Assembly (NCBI GenBank): GCA_020341815.1
Contig: CP070837.1
Coordinates: forward strand, 780,954 to 844,953
DNA from: Candidatus Omnitrophota bacterium
GTDB taxonomy: Bacteria > Omnitrophota > Gorgyraeia > JAFGHF01
Direction: 5' to 3'
Length of the DNA: 64,000 nt
Below the pieces are notes generated by a model that worked only from the letters and a program-made list of their open reading frames with translations, ran no database searches and was not told where the DNA came from. A program made the position numbers and the translations under genes. This document shows positions 40,218-50,426 of this stretch, in pieces (positions within the stretch are counted from its first letter, which is position 1; each line of letters begins with the position of its first letter).

Positions 40218-40619
40218 ATGAAACTTACCACAAAAAGCGAATATTCACTCTTAGCCCTTATGCATATTGCCCGCCACGAAAAAAACGGCTTTATAAAGAT
40301 AGAGGATATCTGCGCAAAATATGGTATCTCCAAAAAATACCTGGAGCAACTCTTTTTGATACTAAAACAGAACCGTTATCTGAAGACTAAAAGAGGCGCC
40401 TCGGGAGGGTACAAACTGGCAATACCCGCGCAAAAAATAACTGTTGCTCAAATCGCAAGGCTTATGGACGGGGCTTTGGCGCCTACGGAATCTGTGAGCA
40501 AGTATTTCTTCTCGCATACCCCCCTGGAGAAAGAAAAGAACATTATGAGAGCCTTCAAAGAAATAAGGAATTACATCTCAAATAAATTGGAAAATCTGAA
40601 GCTTACAGACTTAATCTGA
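40218..40619 (+). CDS. Rrf2-family transcriptional regulator
   Basis: 133 aa; N-terminal winged helix (MKLTTKSEYSLLALMHIARHE...). No cysteine triad, so probably not an Fe-S-binding IscR type. Confidence 0.8.
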   Translation: MKLTTKSEYSLLALMHIARHEKNGFIKIEDICAKYGISKKYLEQLFLILKQNRYLKTKRGASGGYKLAIPAQKITVAQIARLMDGALAPTESVSKYFFSHTPLEKEKNIMRAFKEIRNYISNKLENLKLTDLI

Positions 40620-40634
40620 TTAAAAGGAGAAAAA

Positions 40635-41396
40635 ATGGACCCTAAAGTGCTTCTTCTTATGCCACTGGCCTTTGTTTGCGAGTTTATTGATTCAAGTTTG
40701 GGCATGGGCTATGGCACAAGCCTCACCCCTATCTTGTTACTTATGGGCTTTGAACCACTACAGGTTGTGCCGGCTGTGCTTTTATCGGAATTTGTCTCCG
40801 GCATTACGGCTGCCTCCTTTCATCATAGCATAGAAAATGTAAGCTTTAAGCCGGGTTCCAAAGATACCAAAGTAGCTCTGGCCCTTTCGGCTTTTGCCGT
40901 TTTAGGCACAATCATAGCCGTATTCTTGGCGGTCAAGCTTCCTGCCAAAACACTCAAGCTCTGGATTGGCGCTATAGTTTTATTTATGGGCATTTTTATT
41001 CTGGCTACATTCAACCGCAAGCCCCGCTTTACATGGAGAAAGATTGCCACATTAGGAACAGTTGCCTCTTTCAATAAGGGAATGAGCGGAGGAGGTTACG
41101 GCCCTTTAGTAATGGGAGGACAGCTTCTTTCCGGAATCAGCGCCAAGAATGCCGTAGGCATCACTTCGCTTTCCGAAGGCGTAACCTGTCTTGTGGGGAT
41201 AATCTTATACTTTTTCCTGAAATCACAGGCCGATTGGACACTGGCCCCCTGGCTTATGGCGGGTGCGGTGCTTTCGGTCCCCTTAGCTGCCCATACCTTA
41301 AAAAGGCTTCCCGAAAGAAAAGTAAAGATTGCCATAGCAGTTATAATAGTTACTCTTGGATGCCTGACATTAGCTAAGGCGCTCTTCCGTGGCTAA
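40635..41396 (+). CDS. TauE/SafE-family (sulfite-exporter-like) membrane transporter
   Basis: 253 aa polytopic protein with duplicated 4-TM halves; 15 nt after Rrf2, RBS AAAAGGAG. Confidence 0.7.
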   Translation: MDPKVLLLMPLAFVCEFIDSSLGMGYGTSLTPILLLMGFEPLQVVPAVLLSEFVSGITAASFHHSIENVSFKPGSKDTKVALALSAFAVLGTIIAVFLAVKLPAKTLKLWIGAIVLFMGIFILATFNRKPRFTWRKIATLGTVASFNKGMSGGGYGPLVMGGQLLSGISAKNAVGITSLSEGVTCLVGIILYFFLKSQADWTLAPWLMAGAVLSVPLAAHTLKRLPERKVKIAIAVIIVTLGCLTLAKALFRG

Positions 41397-41444
41397 ATGT
41401 GCTTTCCTGTTTTTTGCTTCCCTGCCATTCTTATGCCTTTGATC

Positions 41445-42497
41445 TTACCACCTATCACCCTGAAACTCGACATTAGTAAGGCCCGCTTCTTTCGCCCAGC
41501 GTTTTGCCTGGCTGTATTCCTCACGGCTTAGGCGCCGCGCAATGTCAGGGTATTCGAAGGCCTTATAAAAGGGCTGATATTGCGACATCAGATTAACATA
41601 AGTATCTTTGGGAAGATTTTCCGCAATCCACTCAAGCACTTCTTTGGTATGGCTTACATTGTTGGGCATAACCAGATGGCGAATCATCAGCCCCCGGCGC
41701 ATAATTCCATCGGAGCCGGCTCTGGCAACACCGACCTGGCGATTCATCTCAATCAAGGCCTGTTTAGTTACCTCAGGATACCAGCTGGCCCCTGAAGAAT
41801 ATTTTGCAGCCATCTCGCTTGAGAAATACTTAAAATCAGGCAAATAAATATCTATAACGCCATCGAGCATCTTTAATATCTCAAGGCGCTCTGCGCCGCA
41901 TGTATTATACACCAGGGGGATATTTAAACCCTCCTCAGTTGCCATATCAAGGGCTAAAATAATATGGGGTAAATAATGGGTGGGTGTTACAAGATTGATA
42001 TTATGGCAGCCCATTTCCTGAAGCGAAATCATCATACCCGCTAAATCTTCGATAGTATGGCACTTGCCCTCTCCGCCGATACTTATATTCCAGTTTATAC
42101 AGAAAACGCATCGCAATCCGCAATTTGCGAAGAAAATCGTGCCGGAACCGCGCCTTCCCACCAGAGCAGCCTCTTCTCCGAAATGCGGATGATATGACGC
42201 TATCTTAAGCCTTGCGTCTGCCTGACAAAAACCCTTTTCCCCTTCCAGGCGACTCACCCCGCAGCTTCTGGGGCAAAGCTGGCAGCTGGCCAGCATAGAC
42301 ATAAGCTCCTCACCTCGCCTGCGCAATTCGCCGCTACGATGCAGCGCCAGATAAGCCGGCTCAAAGCTTGCTTCCGCTCTATTCATTGATTTCGCTTCTT
42401 TTTTATAAGCTTTGCTTGTCCAAAAGAAAGAGGCTGCAGCTGAAATAACAAAAATCCCGATAAAAAGGCACCATTTAATAAGCTTTCCTTCGGACAT
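41445..42497 (-). CDS. Radical SAM protein (PflX/activase-like) with hydrophobic N-terminal segment
   Basis: 350 aa; radical SAM CGLRCVFC motif plus upstream CQLCPRSC; N-terminal 35 aa hydrophobic. Start could instead be the internal Met at residue 38. Confidence 0.65.
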   Translation of the reverse strand: MSEGKLIKWCLFIGIFVISAAASFFWTSKAYKKEAKSMNRAEASFEPAYLALHRSGELRRRGEELMSMLASCQLCPRSCGVSRLEGEKGFCQADARLKIASYHPHFGEEAALVGRRGSGTIFFANCGLRCVFCINWNISIGGEGKCHTIEDLAGMMISLQEMGCHNINLVTPTHYLPHIILALDMATEEGLNIPLVYNTCGAERLEILKMLDGVIDIYLPDFKYFSSEMAAKYSSGASWYPEVTKQALIEMNRQVGVARAGSDGIMRRGLMIRHLVMPNNVSHTKEVLEWIAENLPKDTYVNLMSQYQPFYKAFEYPDIARRLSREEYSQAKRWAKEAGLTNVEFQGDRW

Positions 42498-42521
42498 AAA
42501 GCTACCATTTCAGAGTTATTG

Positions 42522-43367
42522 TTATCTGGCTGCGGCGCTTATTCTTTTTATTATCTTTTTGGCCAGTTCTGTATTGGGAATAATGATCTCTTCGTTTTTA
42601 TCGGATACGAGCTTTGTGGAAACTGCATTAACGGCCTCTACCCTCCCCGAGAGCGAATCACATTCTATAATATCCCCTTTTTTTAGTTCGTGCGAGAGCA
42701 GCCTTCCGTTAATCACATTGGACATCACTTCTTTCCCGGATACTAAAAAAATGAGGAAGAATCCCAGCGGTATTACGCCGAAAATTACGATTAATGATTC
42801 GGACATAACAAACCGGGAAACATTCAAATGTTCTAAAATGATGATTACGACAAATCCCAATACCGCATAACGCGCAATCGTCCCTAATAAAGAATGAATC
42901 GGAATATTTGCCAGATGTGCGGTCCTATCCACAAATCTAAACGCAAACTTGCTGATAAATACACCCAAAGCGAGGATAATTATCGCCACAACGACATTCG
43001 GTATATATAAAACGATATTTTGAATAAGTTGTGAGGTAACCTTTAAATCCAGGGCATCCTGAGCCATAATCAGCGTATTCAAAAGAATTATCCAGTAAAA
43101 AATATTTCCGATAAGCGCAGAAGGAGATTTCTTCAATCCTCCTTTTTCTAAGAATTTCTTAAATCCTGTCTTTTCCGAAAGCACGTCAAACCCAAAAGCC
43201 CTCAAGAGCTTAGTGATGATTTTTCTGATTATTACAGCGCAAATCCAGCCAAACAGAATAAGCGAAAGCGAAAAGGCAATCCCCGGACCATACTGGCTAA
43301 TAAAATTGTTAACCTGGCTGAATGACTGAACGACAAGATTATTGAAAATTTCTACAAACCTGTTCAT
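42522..43367 (-). CDS. Mechanosensitive ion channel (MscS family)
   Basis: 281 aa; three N-terminal TM helices followed by an MscS-like beta domain. Confidence 0.75.
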   Translation of the reverse strand: MNRFVEIFNNLVVQSFSQVNNFISQYGPGIAFSLSLILFGWICAVIIRKIITKLLRAFGFDVLSEKTGFKKFLEKGGLKKSPSALIGNIFYWIILLNTLIMAQDALDLKVTSQLIQNIVLYIPNVVVAIIILALGVFISKFAFRFVDRTAHLANIPIHSLLGTIARYAVLGFVVIIILEHLNVSRFVMSESLIVIFGVIPLGFFLIFLVSGKEVMSNVINGRLLSHELKKGDIIECDSLSGRVEAVNAVSTKLVSDKNEEIIIPNTELAKKIIKRISAAAR

Positions 43368-43393
43368 TATTCGCCTCCTTTAATTGACATTTT

Positions 43394-44917
43394 TTAATCT
43401 TCTCTGAAGAAATCCTTTATTTTATCCCATGGTTTTTTTACGATTTTTTCACCCTTATCCAGGACTTTTCCGATTTGCTGTTCTGATCTTCCCGCCAGCT
43501 CATCTGTAACCCTATCGAGTTTTCTTAGTACTCCTTCGCCTTTTTTCAGCTCAACCATTAAGAAATCGGCCGTGCCGCCAATTCCTGCCTGGGGGTTTAA
43601 GTCATTCTTAAGCTGCATAATTACCGCAACCGGCGTTGCCGCAGCCGGCTCTTTAACCTTAAGGATGAAGAATATAGTCAATATCTGCAGGGCCGATGAA
43701 AGCAGGAAAATCAGCTGCAGGTTTGATATATTATAACTATAAAAATTAAAATTGATGCCCTCGGTCATTTTGGATATGCTGCCTCCGACAATAGGGGCAA
43801 CTGCGCCCACAAATCCGGTAATCGCCGCAAATAAAGCCAAATATACAGAACGGCCCTCTTTAGGAGAAAGCTTGATGAGAATATTAAACTGGGAAAGGCT
43901 GACTCCCGCCATAAATGCCCCTGAAAGCAGGTGCGCGGTCAATACAGGCAGGTAGTATTTTCCCGGCAAGGCCAAAATCCAGATAAAGGGAACAAGTATC
44001 AAAATCCACCCGGAAACGATAATTATGGGCTTATTGCCCATTTTATCCGAGATAGGCCCCCAGATCTTCATCATAAAAAGCGTAGCCAGTGTGGCAAATG
44101 TCCCGAATATGGTAATATTCGAAAAATCTATCTTTAGATGCTCGATCATAAATACGCCGTAAAATGGTGCGGCAATCTGGATGGCAAACATCCAGGCAGA
44201 AACAAACAGGATTAAGGTGAGGAAGTTTCTGTCTTTTAAGGGCTGGAAAAAGAGGGAAAAGTTCAAGCTCTTACCTTCTTGGCGAACGGTGCTTTCGGTC
44301 TCGGGTATGCGCCACAAAAACCATACCGCTGCAAGCCCTGAGGCCAGCCCAGCGATAAAAAGCAAAATAAATCCGAAAGCATTCTGCGCGGAAAAGCGCC
44401 CCTCCCACATAGTAATAAACTTTCCGCCCAAAAGCACAACCACCATGCCGCAGGCAGAGGCAATCATATTGCGCCTGCCAAAATAACTGCCTCTGATATT
44501 TTCGGGCACCAAATCGCTCATCCAGGCAAGCCAGGACACGCCGGATAAAGAAGCAAAAACGCTTGAGGCCGCTATAACCCCCACCAATACCCAGATACGA
44601 GAATCCGTCAAAGGGGCAAATATGGCAAAGGGAAGTAATATTACTAAAATCCAAAGGGTTCGGCTCACCAAGAGCGAGAAAAAACAAAGTACCTTTTTTC
44701 TGCCGGTTTTTTCGATTATGATGGAGCCGAAAATCTGCGCCAGATTGGCAAAGAAAGGAAGGGAAGCCAGGATGCCTACCTGCTGTGCTGAGGCATTTAA
44801 TATCTTTAAGGCAAATCCCATCAGGAATATACCACCGGCCAAAGAACCCATAACTGCCGAAAGGGCTCCATCGATAACAGAAAGCCTAAGCGCCCTATTG
44901 GTCTGGTCTATGTCCAA
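43394..44917 (-). CDS. MFS transporter with C-terminal soluble extension
   Basis: 507 aa; about 12 TM segments, MFS-like loop (GRKKV); about 80-aa hydrophilic C-terminal tail. Confidence 0.7.
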   Translation of the reverse strand: MDIDQTNRALRLSVIDGALSAVMGSLAGGIFLMGFALKILNASAQQVGILASLPFFANLAQIFGSIIIEKTGRKKVLCFFSLLVSRTLWILVILLPFAIFAPLTDSRIWVLVGVIAASSVFASLSGVSWLAWMSDLVPENIRGSYFGRRNMIASACGMVVVLLGGKFITMWEGRFSAQNAFGFILLFIAGLASGLAAVWFLWRIPETESTVRQEGKSLNFSLFFQPLKDRNFLTLILFVSAWMFAIQIAAPFYGVFMIEHLKIDFSNITIFGTFATLATLFMMKIWGPISDKMGNKPIIIVSGWILILVPFIWILALPGKYYLPVLTAHLLSGAFMAGVSLSQFNILIKLSPKEGRSVYLALFAAITGFVGAVAPIVGGSISKMTEGINFNFYSYNISNLQLIFLLSSALQILTIFFILKVKEPAAATPVAVIMQLKNDLNPQAGIGGTADFLMVELKKGEGVLRKLDRVTDELAGRSEQQIGKVLDKGEKIVKKPWDKIKDFFRED

Positions 44918-44924
44918 GAACCGC

Positions 44925-45674
44925 TTACTCCTGATTGTTCTTTTCTGCCTCCTCAGGCAAAAGCTGCAGTATCTTCCTTATGCTATCTAATTTGCCGAAG
45001 CAGATAAGCTTATCACCAGATAAAATTCTATTTTCTGCGGAGGGATTGGGGATCATTTCCTTTCCCCGATCTCTTTCTATGGCCAATACGGTAATATCCT
45101 GCCTGCGCAACTCGGCTTCTCTCAATGATTGATTGACTACAGGGCTTTCTCTTCCGATTTCAATGCTTGATATCCCGTAACCGCCTGTAGTAACCAAAAG
45201 TTCCTCAAAGGAAACCGGCTTCACGATTTCAGTCTTTATAATACGCTTTTTAAGAAATTGCGTTAACCTTCTCGTAAAACGCGAATGTGTAAAAATTCTA
45301 TAGAGAGAATAAATGGAAATCACCACAATTAATAAATTTATATACGGCAGGAGAAAAGACGGAAATACTAAATGTGTAAGGGGAATATTAATTTTTGGCA
45401 AATAAGACGGGCGCAGGGTATTGGCAAAAGTCGCGATTAAGGTTACCAACCCGGCATTGCCCAATACCATAAGCACTGAAGCGATGCGGCGCCTTTGGGG
45501 ATTGCCCGTTATCAGCTCTGCCTCTTTTGTGGTAAAGCCTGTGCCGCTGAAGCAGGATAGCGACTGGAATTTCGCCAGGGACCATTCAAGCCCTGTCAAT
45601 TGAAAAGCAATCGCCCCGATTCTCACCGCTATAAAAGCAATAATAATTGTAACAATAAAAAGCAATAGATTCAT
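44925..45674 (-). CDS. Membrane protein with C-terminal TrkA-C (RCK_C)-like domain; putative ion channel/transporter
   Basis: 249 aa; N-terminal TM region with pore-like SGTGFTT segment; C-terminal RCK_C-like domain. Confidence 0.5.
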   Translation of the reverse strand: MNLLLFIVTIIIAFIAVRIGAIAFQLTGLEWSLAKFQSLSCFSGTGFTTKEAELITGNPQRRRIASVLMVLGNAGLVTLIATFANTLRPSYLPKINIPLTHLVFPSFLLPYINLLIVVISIYSLYRIFTHSRFTRRLTQFLKKRIIKTEIVKPVSFEELLVTTGGYGISSIEIGRESPVVNQSLREAELRRQDITVLAIERDRGKEMIPNPSAENRILSGDKLICFGKLDSIRKILQLLPEEAEKNNQE

Positions 45675-45692
45675 AATTTTTTCTCCTAAGTT

Positions 45693-45890
45693 TTATTCCT
45701 TTGATTTAAAGTGGTATCCCCCGATCCATCCGATAATAATGCCCAAAAAGAGCGTGGCAAATATAATTATGGCCCTGCTTGTTTGAAATGACCATAAAAG
45801 AAATTTAATCTCTACCACCTCATAATTCTGCGCCGCAAAAATGACCAAAAATAGCATCAAAATAAGTACGACTACCCACTTCCAGCTCAT
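45693..45890 (-). CDS. Small membrane protein (LapA/DUF1049-like)
   Basis: 65 aa with two hydrophobic helices. Confidence 0.45.
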   Translation of the reverse strand: MSWKWVVVLILMLFLVIFAAQNYEVVEIKFLLWSFQTSRAIIIFATLFLGIIIGWIGGYHFKSKE

Positions 45891-45912
45891 TGCATACCTC
45901 CTTAAACTATGA

Positions 45913-46977
45913 TTACATCCACTTCTTCTTCCTGAAGTACGCTATCATATAAATGGCAATTGCGCCGATAATAAACCACACCGCAGGATATCCGAACCGC
46001 CACTGCAACTCCGGCATATACCTGAAGTTCATTCCGTAAATACCGACAATAAAGGTCAGAGGAATAAATATCGTGGCTATAACGGTCAAGACCTTCATCA
46101 CCTCGTTCATTCTGTTGCTCACGCTGGAAAGATAAATATCCAACATGCCTGAGACTACATCCCTGTATGTCTCTATGGTATCGATGACCTGAACAGTATG
46201 GTCATATACATCGCGCAGGAATATGCGGGTTGGTTTTTTAATTAGCTTTGATTCGGAGCGCTCCAGAACACTGACTACTTCGCGCAGGGGCCAAACGGAC
46301 TTCCTTAAGAAGATGATGTCTCCTTTTAAGCGATGAATTATTTGTAAGGTTTTGGGGATGGGGTTAGCTATTATCCTCTCTTCCATGTCCCCTATTTTTT
46401 CTCCAGATTTTTCCAGAATAAGAAAATAATTATCCACGACCGCATCCATCAAGGAATAGACAAGATAATCCGCCCCTGCCCCTCTGATTCTGCTTTTGGC
46501 GTTTCTGATGCGCTCTCTTACATGATCGAATACATCGCCCTCTTTCTCCTGGAATGAAATAACAAAGTTAGAGCCTAAAACCAAACTCACCTGCTCGGCG
46601 TTGATTTCCCCTGCTTTTTCGTCAAAATAAAGCATTTTTAAAACGATAAATATATAACTTTCGAAATCTTCCAGTTTTGGCCTTTGGCCGGTATTAACGA
46701 TATCTTCCAACATCAAAGGATGAAATCCAAAGTGCTTGCCTATTTTCTCTATAATCTCTATATTGTGGATGCCGTCAATATTTATCCATGTGACTGTTGA
46801 GGTATCTCTAAAAGAAAAGCATTCCTCCGGCGCCTTTATTTCTTTCTCCTGAACTTGCTTCTCGTCATAATCGATAACTGTTATCTTTACGCGTTCGGTC
46901 CTTTTCTCTCCCACATGCATCAATGTTCCCGGGGCAAGGCCTATGGTTTTGGAAATTCTTTTAATCAATCGGGGCAT
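45913..46977 (-). CDS. corA: Magnesium/cobalt transporter CorA
   Basis: 354 aa; C-terminal two TM helices with the GMN motif (YGMNF). Confidence 0.85.
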   Translation of the reverse strand: MPRLIKRISKTIGLAPGTLMHVGEKRTERVKITVIDYDEKQVQEKEIKAPEECFSFRDTSTVTWINIDGIHNIEIIEKIGKHFGFHPLMLEDIVNTGQRPKLEDFESYIFIVLKMLYFDEKAGEINAEQVSLVLGSNFVISFQEKEGDVFDHVRERIRNAKSRIRGAGADYLVYSLMDAVVDNYFLILEKSGEKIGDMEERIIANPIPKTLQIIHRLKGDIIFLRKSVWPLREVVSVLERSESKLIKKPTRIFLRDVYDHTVQVIDTIETYRDVVSGMLDIYLSSVSNRMNEVMKVLTVIATIFIPLTFIVGIYGMNFRYMPELQWRFGYPAVWFIIGAIAIYMIAYFRKKKWM

Positions 46978-47013
46978 GATAATCGCTCCCTTTATAAAAA
47001 GATTAAATATATA

Positions 47014-49338
47014 CTAATAATAATACTGCTTTTTGCCGATGGGCGTGCGCCTTATAAAACTAAACCATTTTCCCGGGCTTATAGTAGTCTTTCTGCCGAA
47101 TATATAGATTTCCAATATTTTTTTCTTTTGAGAAACATTTTTAATTTTAACGCAATCATTTGTTAATTTGAGATTCAAAATATTGCCCTGCCAAAAAAGA
47201 CAAAACTCTAATGTATGCCAACTCAAAGGCATCCTTGGAGTTATGGATAATTTATCTTTCATTATCTTAACGCCCCCGAATCCAAAGATTACTGTCTGCC
47301 AGGTGCCGCCTAGAGAAGCTGCATGCACTCCTTCATGGCTATTGCCAAAGATATTACTGATATCTATATGAAGCGCTACATTAAAAAGGCTGTAGGCCTT
47401 TGGCAAGTCATACGCCTCACAAGCATTAAGCGCGGATACAGAAGGGCTTAAAGAAGAATTATGAGTAACCTTATTAATATAAAACTTGTAGTTGGCAATC
47501 TTTGTTTTATCATTAAAGTCTTCGCCTAGTAAATATAGAAGCATCAATACATCCGGCTGTTTAATTAGCTGGGTCTTGCTAAAATCTTCCGAACCCCAAT
47601 CTTTGGGTATAATGGGCAAGCCATTTTCATCGAACTTATCAAAAATTACTTTTTTCAATTTGAAATACCCGTCAAATTGCTCAATGAGGCCGCTTTTAGC
47701 TATCCTGAGTTTCAACCTTTGAGAAATGCGCTTCCAATCTATTGCTTCTTTATTTTCCAATGCCAGTTTTTCTTTTAGGTGTTTGAATAAATGGGTATTT
47801 TTCTTAAGCTTATTGAATAAATTGTAAGCAGTAATCAAGTTCCACCTTGCTATCATATTAGTATAGGCATTATTCTTTACATTTATATGGAACTCATCCG
47901 GGCCGATAATATTGGGGATTTCATATTTTGCGCGTTTCTTATTAAATTTTACCCTTGAAGCCCAGAAGCGCGCGGTCTCAAAAAGAACCTCATACCCGTA
48001 ATCTTCCATAAACTTCTCATCTTTTGTAACCACAAAGTATTTATAAAAAGCATAAGCCACATCAGCGGTAATATGGTGCTCCATCTGCTGGGTATGAATT
48101 GGGATAATCTTCCCGTTAATATCGGTTGACCATTCGGGAGTTTCCTCTTCGCCATTTCTTGCCGACTCCCAGGCAAACTTTGCCCCTTTAAAGCCTTCCT
48201 CTTGCGCCAGGGCGCGAGATTTATTCAGCCTTCTATAGCGGTACATGAGCATATTCTTGGCAATATCGGGGAAATTAAACAGGAAGAACGGAAAAACGAA
48301 TATCTCTGCATCCCAAAAGACATGCCCGCGATAACCTTCCCCGCTCAAAGTACGCGCAGCGATACTGGAGAAACCGTTATCACGCCATCCGCAAATAAGC
48401 ATGTGGTATATATTAAAGCGCAGGTTCTGCTGGATATTGGCGGTTCCCTTGACCAATACATCGGCCCTCTTCCAGGCTCTCTCCCACAGGCGCATATGTT
48501 CTGCAAGAAGCCTTGTGAAGTCCTCATGAAAAACTTTTCTAAACGCTTTCCTGGTTTGTGTCTTAATATTTGCAATATCCTGTTTATACGGAAAGTGCTT
48601 AATAAAGAATAATTTTGTAAATATAATAGGGTGATTTTTCTTGAGATGGATTTTAAATACATTGTCTTTGGCAAAAACTTTTTTTCCTTCGACCTCATAA
48701 TAAAATCCGCTCCGGAAGACTACAATGTGTTTTTTCTGAAGCGTCTCTATCGCCAGATATCCGGCATTATCCTCCTGCCCAAGCTCTCTTACCCGAAAAT
48801 GCTTTTTATATCCTTCGCTTAAGCGGGGTATATTGGAAACCGAAGTATCAATTCCTGTGTTAATATCAGCCGAACAGTCTTCGTCAAGCGAAGTCAGGAT
48901 AATCTGCATTACCCCGATATTTTTATCTTTCATAGACATAAATCTTAGAGACTGGTAATCAAATTGTCTTTTTTTTCTATCTCTATAAAGAGTGCGTTGT
49001 ACTAAAATTGCTTTTTTCATATTAAGGGTTCTGTTATGGCTGGCGACATCCATTGCGATTGCATCAAGCTTGTGCCCTTCGATAGTAAACTTAAAATTTA
49101 TTGGGTTAGGCAGATTGACCAGCTCATCGACCTGCGAGCCCATCTTATCATATAGCCCGGCAATATAAAGGCCCGGTATTGCTCCCACAGGCATATCGGC
49201 CAAAATACCCCGCGCCCCCAGATATCCATTACCCAGAGCAAACTGGCTTTCCCGTTTATTCTGAAGCTCTTTTGCCCATTCCGTTTCCTTTATCAGCCAG
49301 CGCTCATCCTGAATATAATCAGCATAGAAATCTTTCAT
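47014..49338 (-). CDS. Glycoside hydrolase family 65 disaccharide phosphorylase (maltose/kojibiose/trehalose phosphorylase-like)
   Basis: 774 aa; GH65-like N-terminal beta-sandwich, (alpha/alpha)6 barrel and C-terminal domain; substrate not assignable. Confidence 0.8.
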   Translation of the reverse strand: MKDFYADYIQDERWLIKETEWAKELQNKRESQFALGNGYLGARGILADMPVGAIPGLYIAGLYDKMGSQVDELVNLPNPINFKFTIEGHKLDAIAMDVASHNRTLNMKKAILVQRTLYRDRKKRQFDYQSLRFMSMKDKNIGVMQIILTSLDEDCSADINTGIDTSVSNIPRLSEGYKKHFRVRELGQEDNAGYLAIETLQKKHIVVFRSGFYYEVEGKKVFAKDNVFKIHLKKNHPIIFTKLFFIKHFPYKQDIANIKTQTRKAFRKVFHEDFTRLLAEHMRLWERAWKRADVLVKGTANIQQNLRFNIYHMLICGWRDNGFSSIAARTLSGEGYRGHVFWDAEIFVFPFFLFNFPDIAKNMLMYRYRRLNKSRALAQEEGFKGAKFAWESARNGEEETPEWSTDINGKIIPIHTQQMEHHITADVAYAFYKYFVVTKDEKFMEDYGYEVLFETARFWASRVKFNKKRAKYEIPNIIGPDEFHINVKNNAYTNMIARWNLITAYNLFNKLKKNTHLFKHLKEKLALENKEAIDWKRISQRLKLRIAKSGLIEQFDGYFKLKKVIFDKFDENGLPIIPKDWGSEDFSKTQLIKQPDVLMLLYLLGEDFNDKTKIANYKFYINKVTHNSSLSPSVSALNACEAYDLPKAYSLFNVALHIDISNIFGNSHEGVHAASLGGTWQTVIFGFGGVKIMKDKLSITPRMPLSWHTLEFCLFWQGNILNLKLTNDCVKIKNVSQKKKILEIYIFGRKTTISPGKWFSFIRRTPIGKKQYYY

Positions 49339-49349
49339 TATCTTTTCCT

Positions 49350-50411
49350 CTATCTTTGTAAGGACTTTTTATATATATTCAAATAATTCCTGGCCATGCT
49401 TTCTCTTGAAAAGTTCTTCTCGACATACTTTCGGCAAGTTTCCGGTTTGATTTTATCCAGTTTTCCTTCTTTGATGACGCTTACCATATCGTCTTCGGTA
49501 TCCACGCAATACCCTGTCTTGCCATCGATAATAACTTCGGGTGCCGCCCCCCGGCGCAAAGCAATAACCGGTGTTCCGCAGGCCAGCGACTCCAGCATTA
49601 CAAGACCGAACGGCTCTTCCCACTGGCTGGTAAAAAGGGTGCATCTTGCGCGTCTTAAAAGGTCAAATATCATGTGGCGAGGAAGCTCTTTCTGAAACTG
49701 GAAAAATAGGTGCTGAGGGTATTTCTCTATCCAGGGTAAAATCTCCTTTCTGAAGAACTCTTTTTCGAATTGCTCGGTCATCTTTACTGCCATAATAAGA
49801 TTCACGCCCGCTTTGCTTGCTACCCTGATAGCAAGATCCAAGCCTTTTTCCCAATTTACTCTTCCCACAAAAAGAAAAAAATCCTCTTTTTTCTTTTTCC
49901 ATTCAATAGGTTTTGCATTAATGCAGTTGTATACGGTATCTGCAAATCGAATATTTTTATTCAACATAAGATATAATTCCTTTTGCCTTTTTGAAATAGA
50001 GACAAAGTTGTTTTTAGGATTTTTTGACAGTTCCTCGCATCGAACAACCGAGGGTTCGTTTGCCGGCCCGTGAATGGTATAGATAACAGGGATATCTGCC
50101 AGGGGAATGTCCATTGTATGGCAGTGAATGATATCTACGCCTTCATATCCTGCCCGGGAAAAGGCATATTTAGCAATGAGCTCCGTCACGAAAGCCTTGG
50201 TTCTATCCTCAGAATCCAATCCAAAATAATATTCACTCTCAATATAAGGCATAAGGCGACAGGAAACCTTAGAGTCTTTAGCGGCAAAAAGTATCACCTC
50301 CTGACCCAGCTCGGTTAAACCTTCAACAAGATTGTAAATAACAAGTTCGGTTCCCCCATATTTAGGCGGCGGCACAGGAATCCAGGGCGGCGCTATAACT
50401 GCTATTTTCAT
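49350..50411 (-). CDS. Glycosyltransferase family 4 (paralog a)
   Basis: Track ORF from TTG 50426; ATG at 50411 gives MKIAVIAPPWIPVPPPKYGG; C-terminal GT-B EX7E-type region. Confidence 0.8.
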   Translation of the reverse strand: MKIAVIAPPWIPVPPPKYGGTELVIYNLVEGLTELGQEVILFAAKDSKVSCRLMPYIESEYYFGLDSEDRTKAFVTELIAKYAFSRAGYEGVDIIHCHTMDIPLADIPVIYTIHGPANEPSVVRCEELSKNPKNNFVSISKRQKELYLMLNKNIRFADTVYNCINAKPIEWKKKKEDFFLFVGRVNWEKGLDLAIRVASKAGVNLIMAVKMTEQFEKEFFRKEILPWIEKYPQHLFFQFQKELPRHMIFDLLRRARCTLFTSQWEEPFGLVMLESLACGTPVIALRRGAAPEVIIDGKTGYCVDTEDDMVSVIKEGKLDKIKPETCRKYVEKNFSRESMARNYLNIYKKSLQR

Positions 50412-50426
50412 TACAATCTCCCGCAA

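Noticed and set aside
40106-40390. Two short ORFs (40106..40333 minus, 40175..40390 plus) around the Rrf2 promoter
   Set aside because: They overlap the consensus promoter and the genuine Rrf2 CDS at 40218..40619, which has an RBS and clear winged-helix sequence.
44271-44687. 138-aa minus-strand ORF within the MFS transporter gene
   Set aside because: Alternative frame inside the MFS gene; Cys/Arg-rich low-complexity translation typical of out-of-frame reading.
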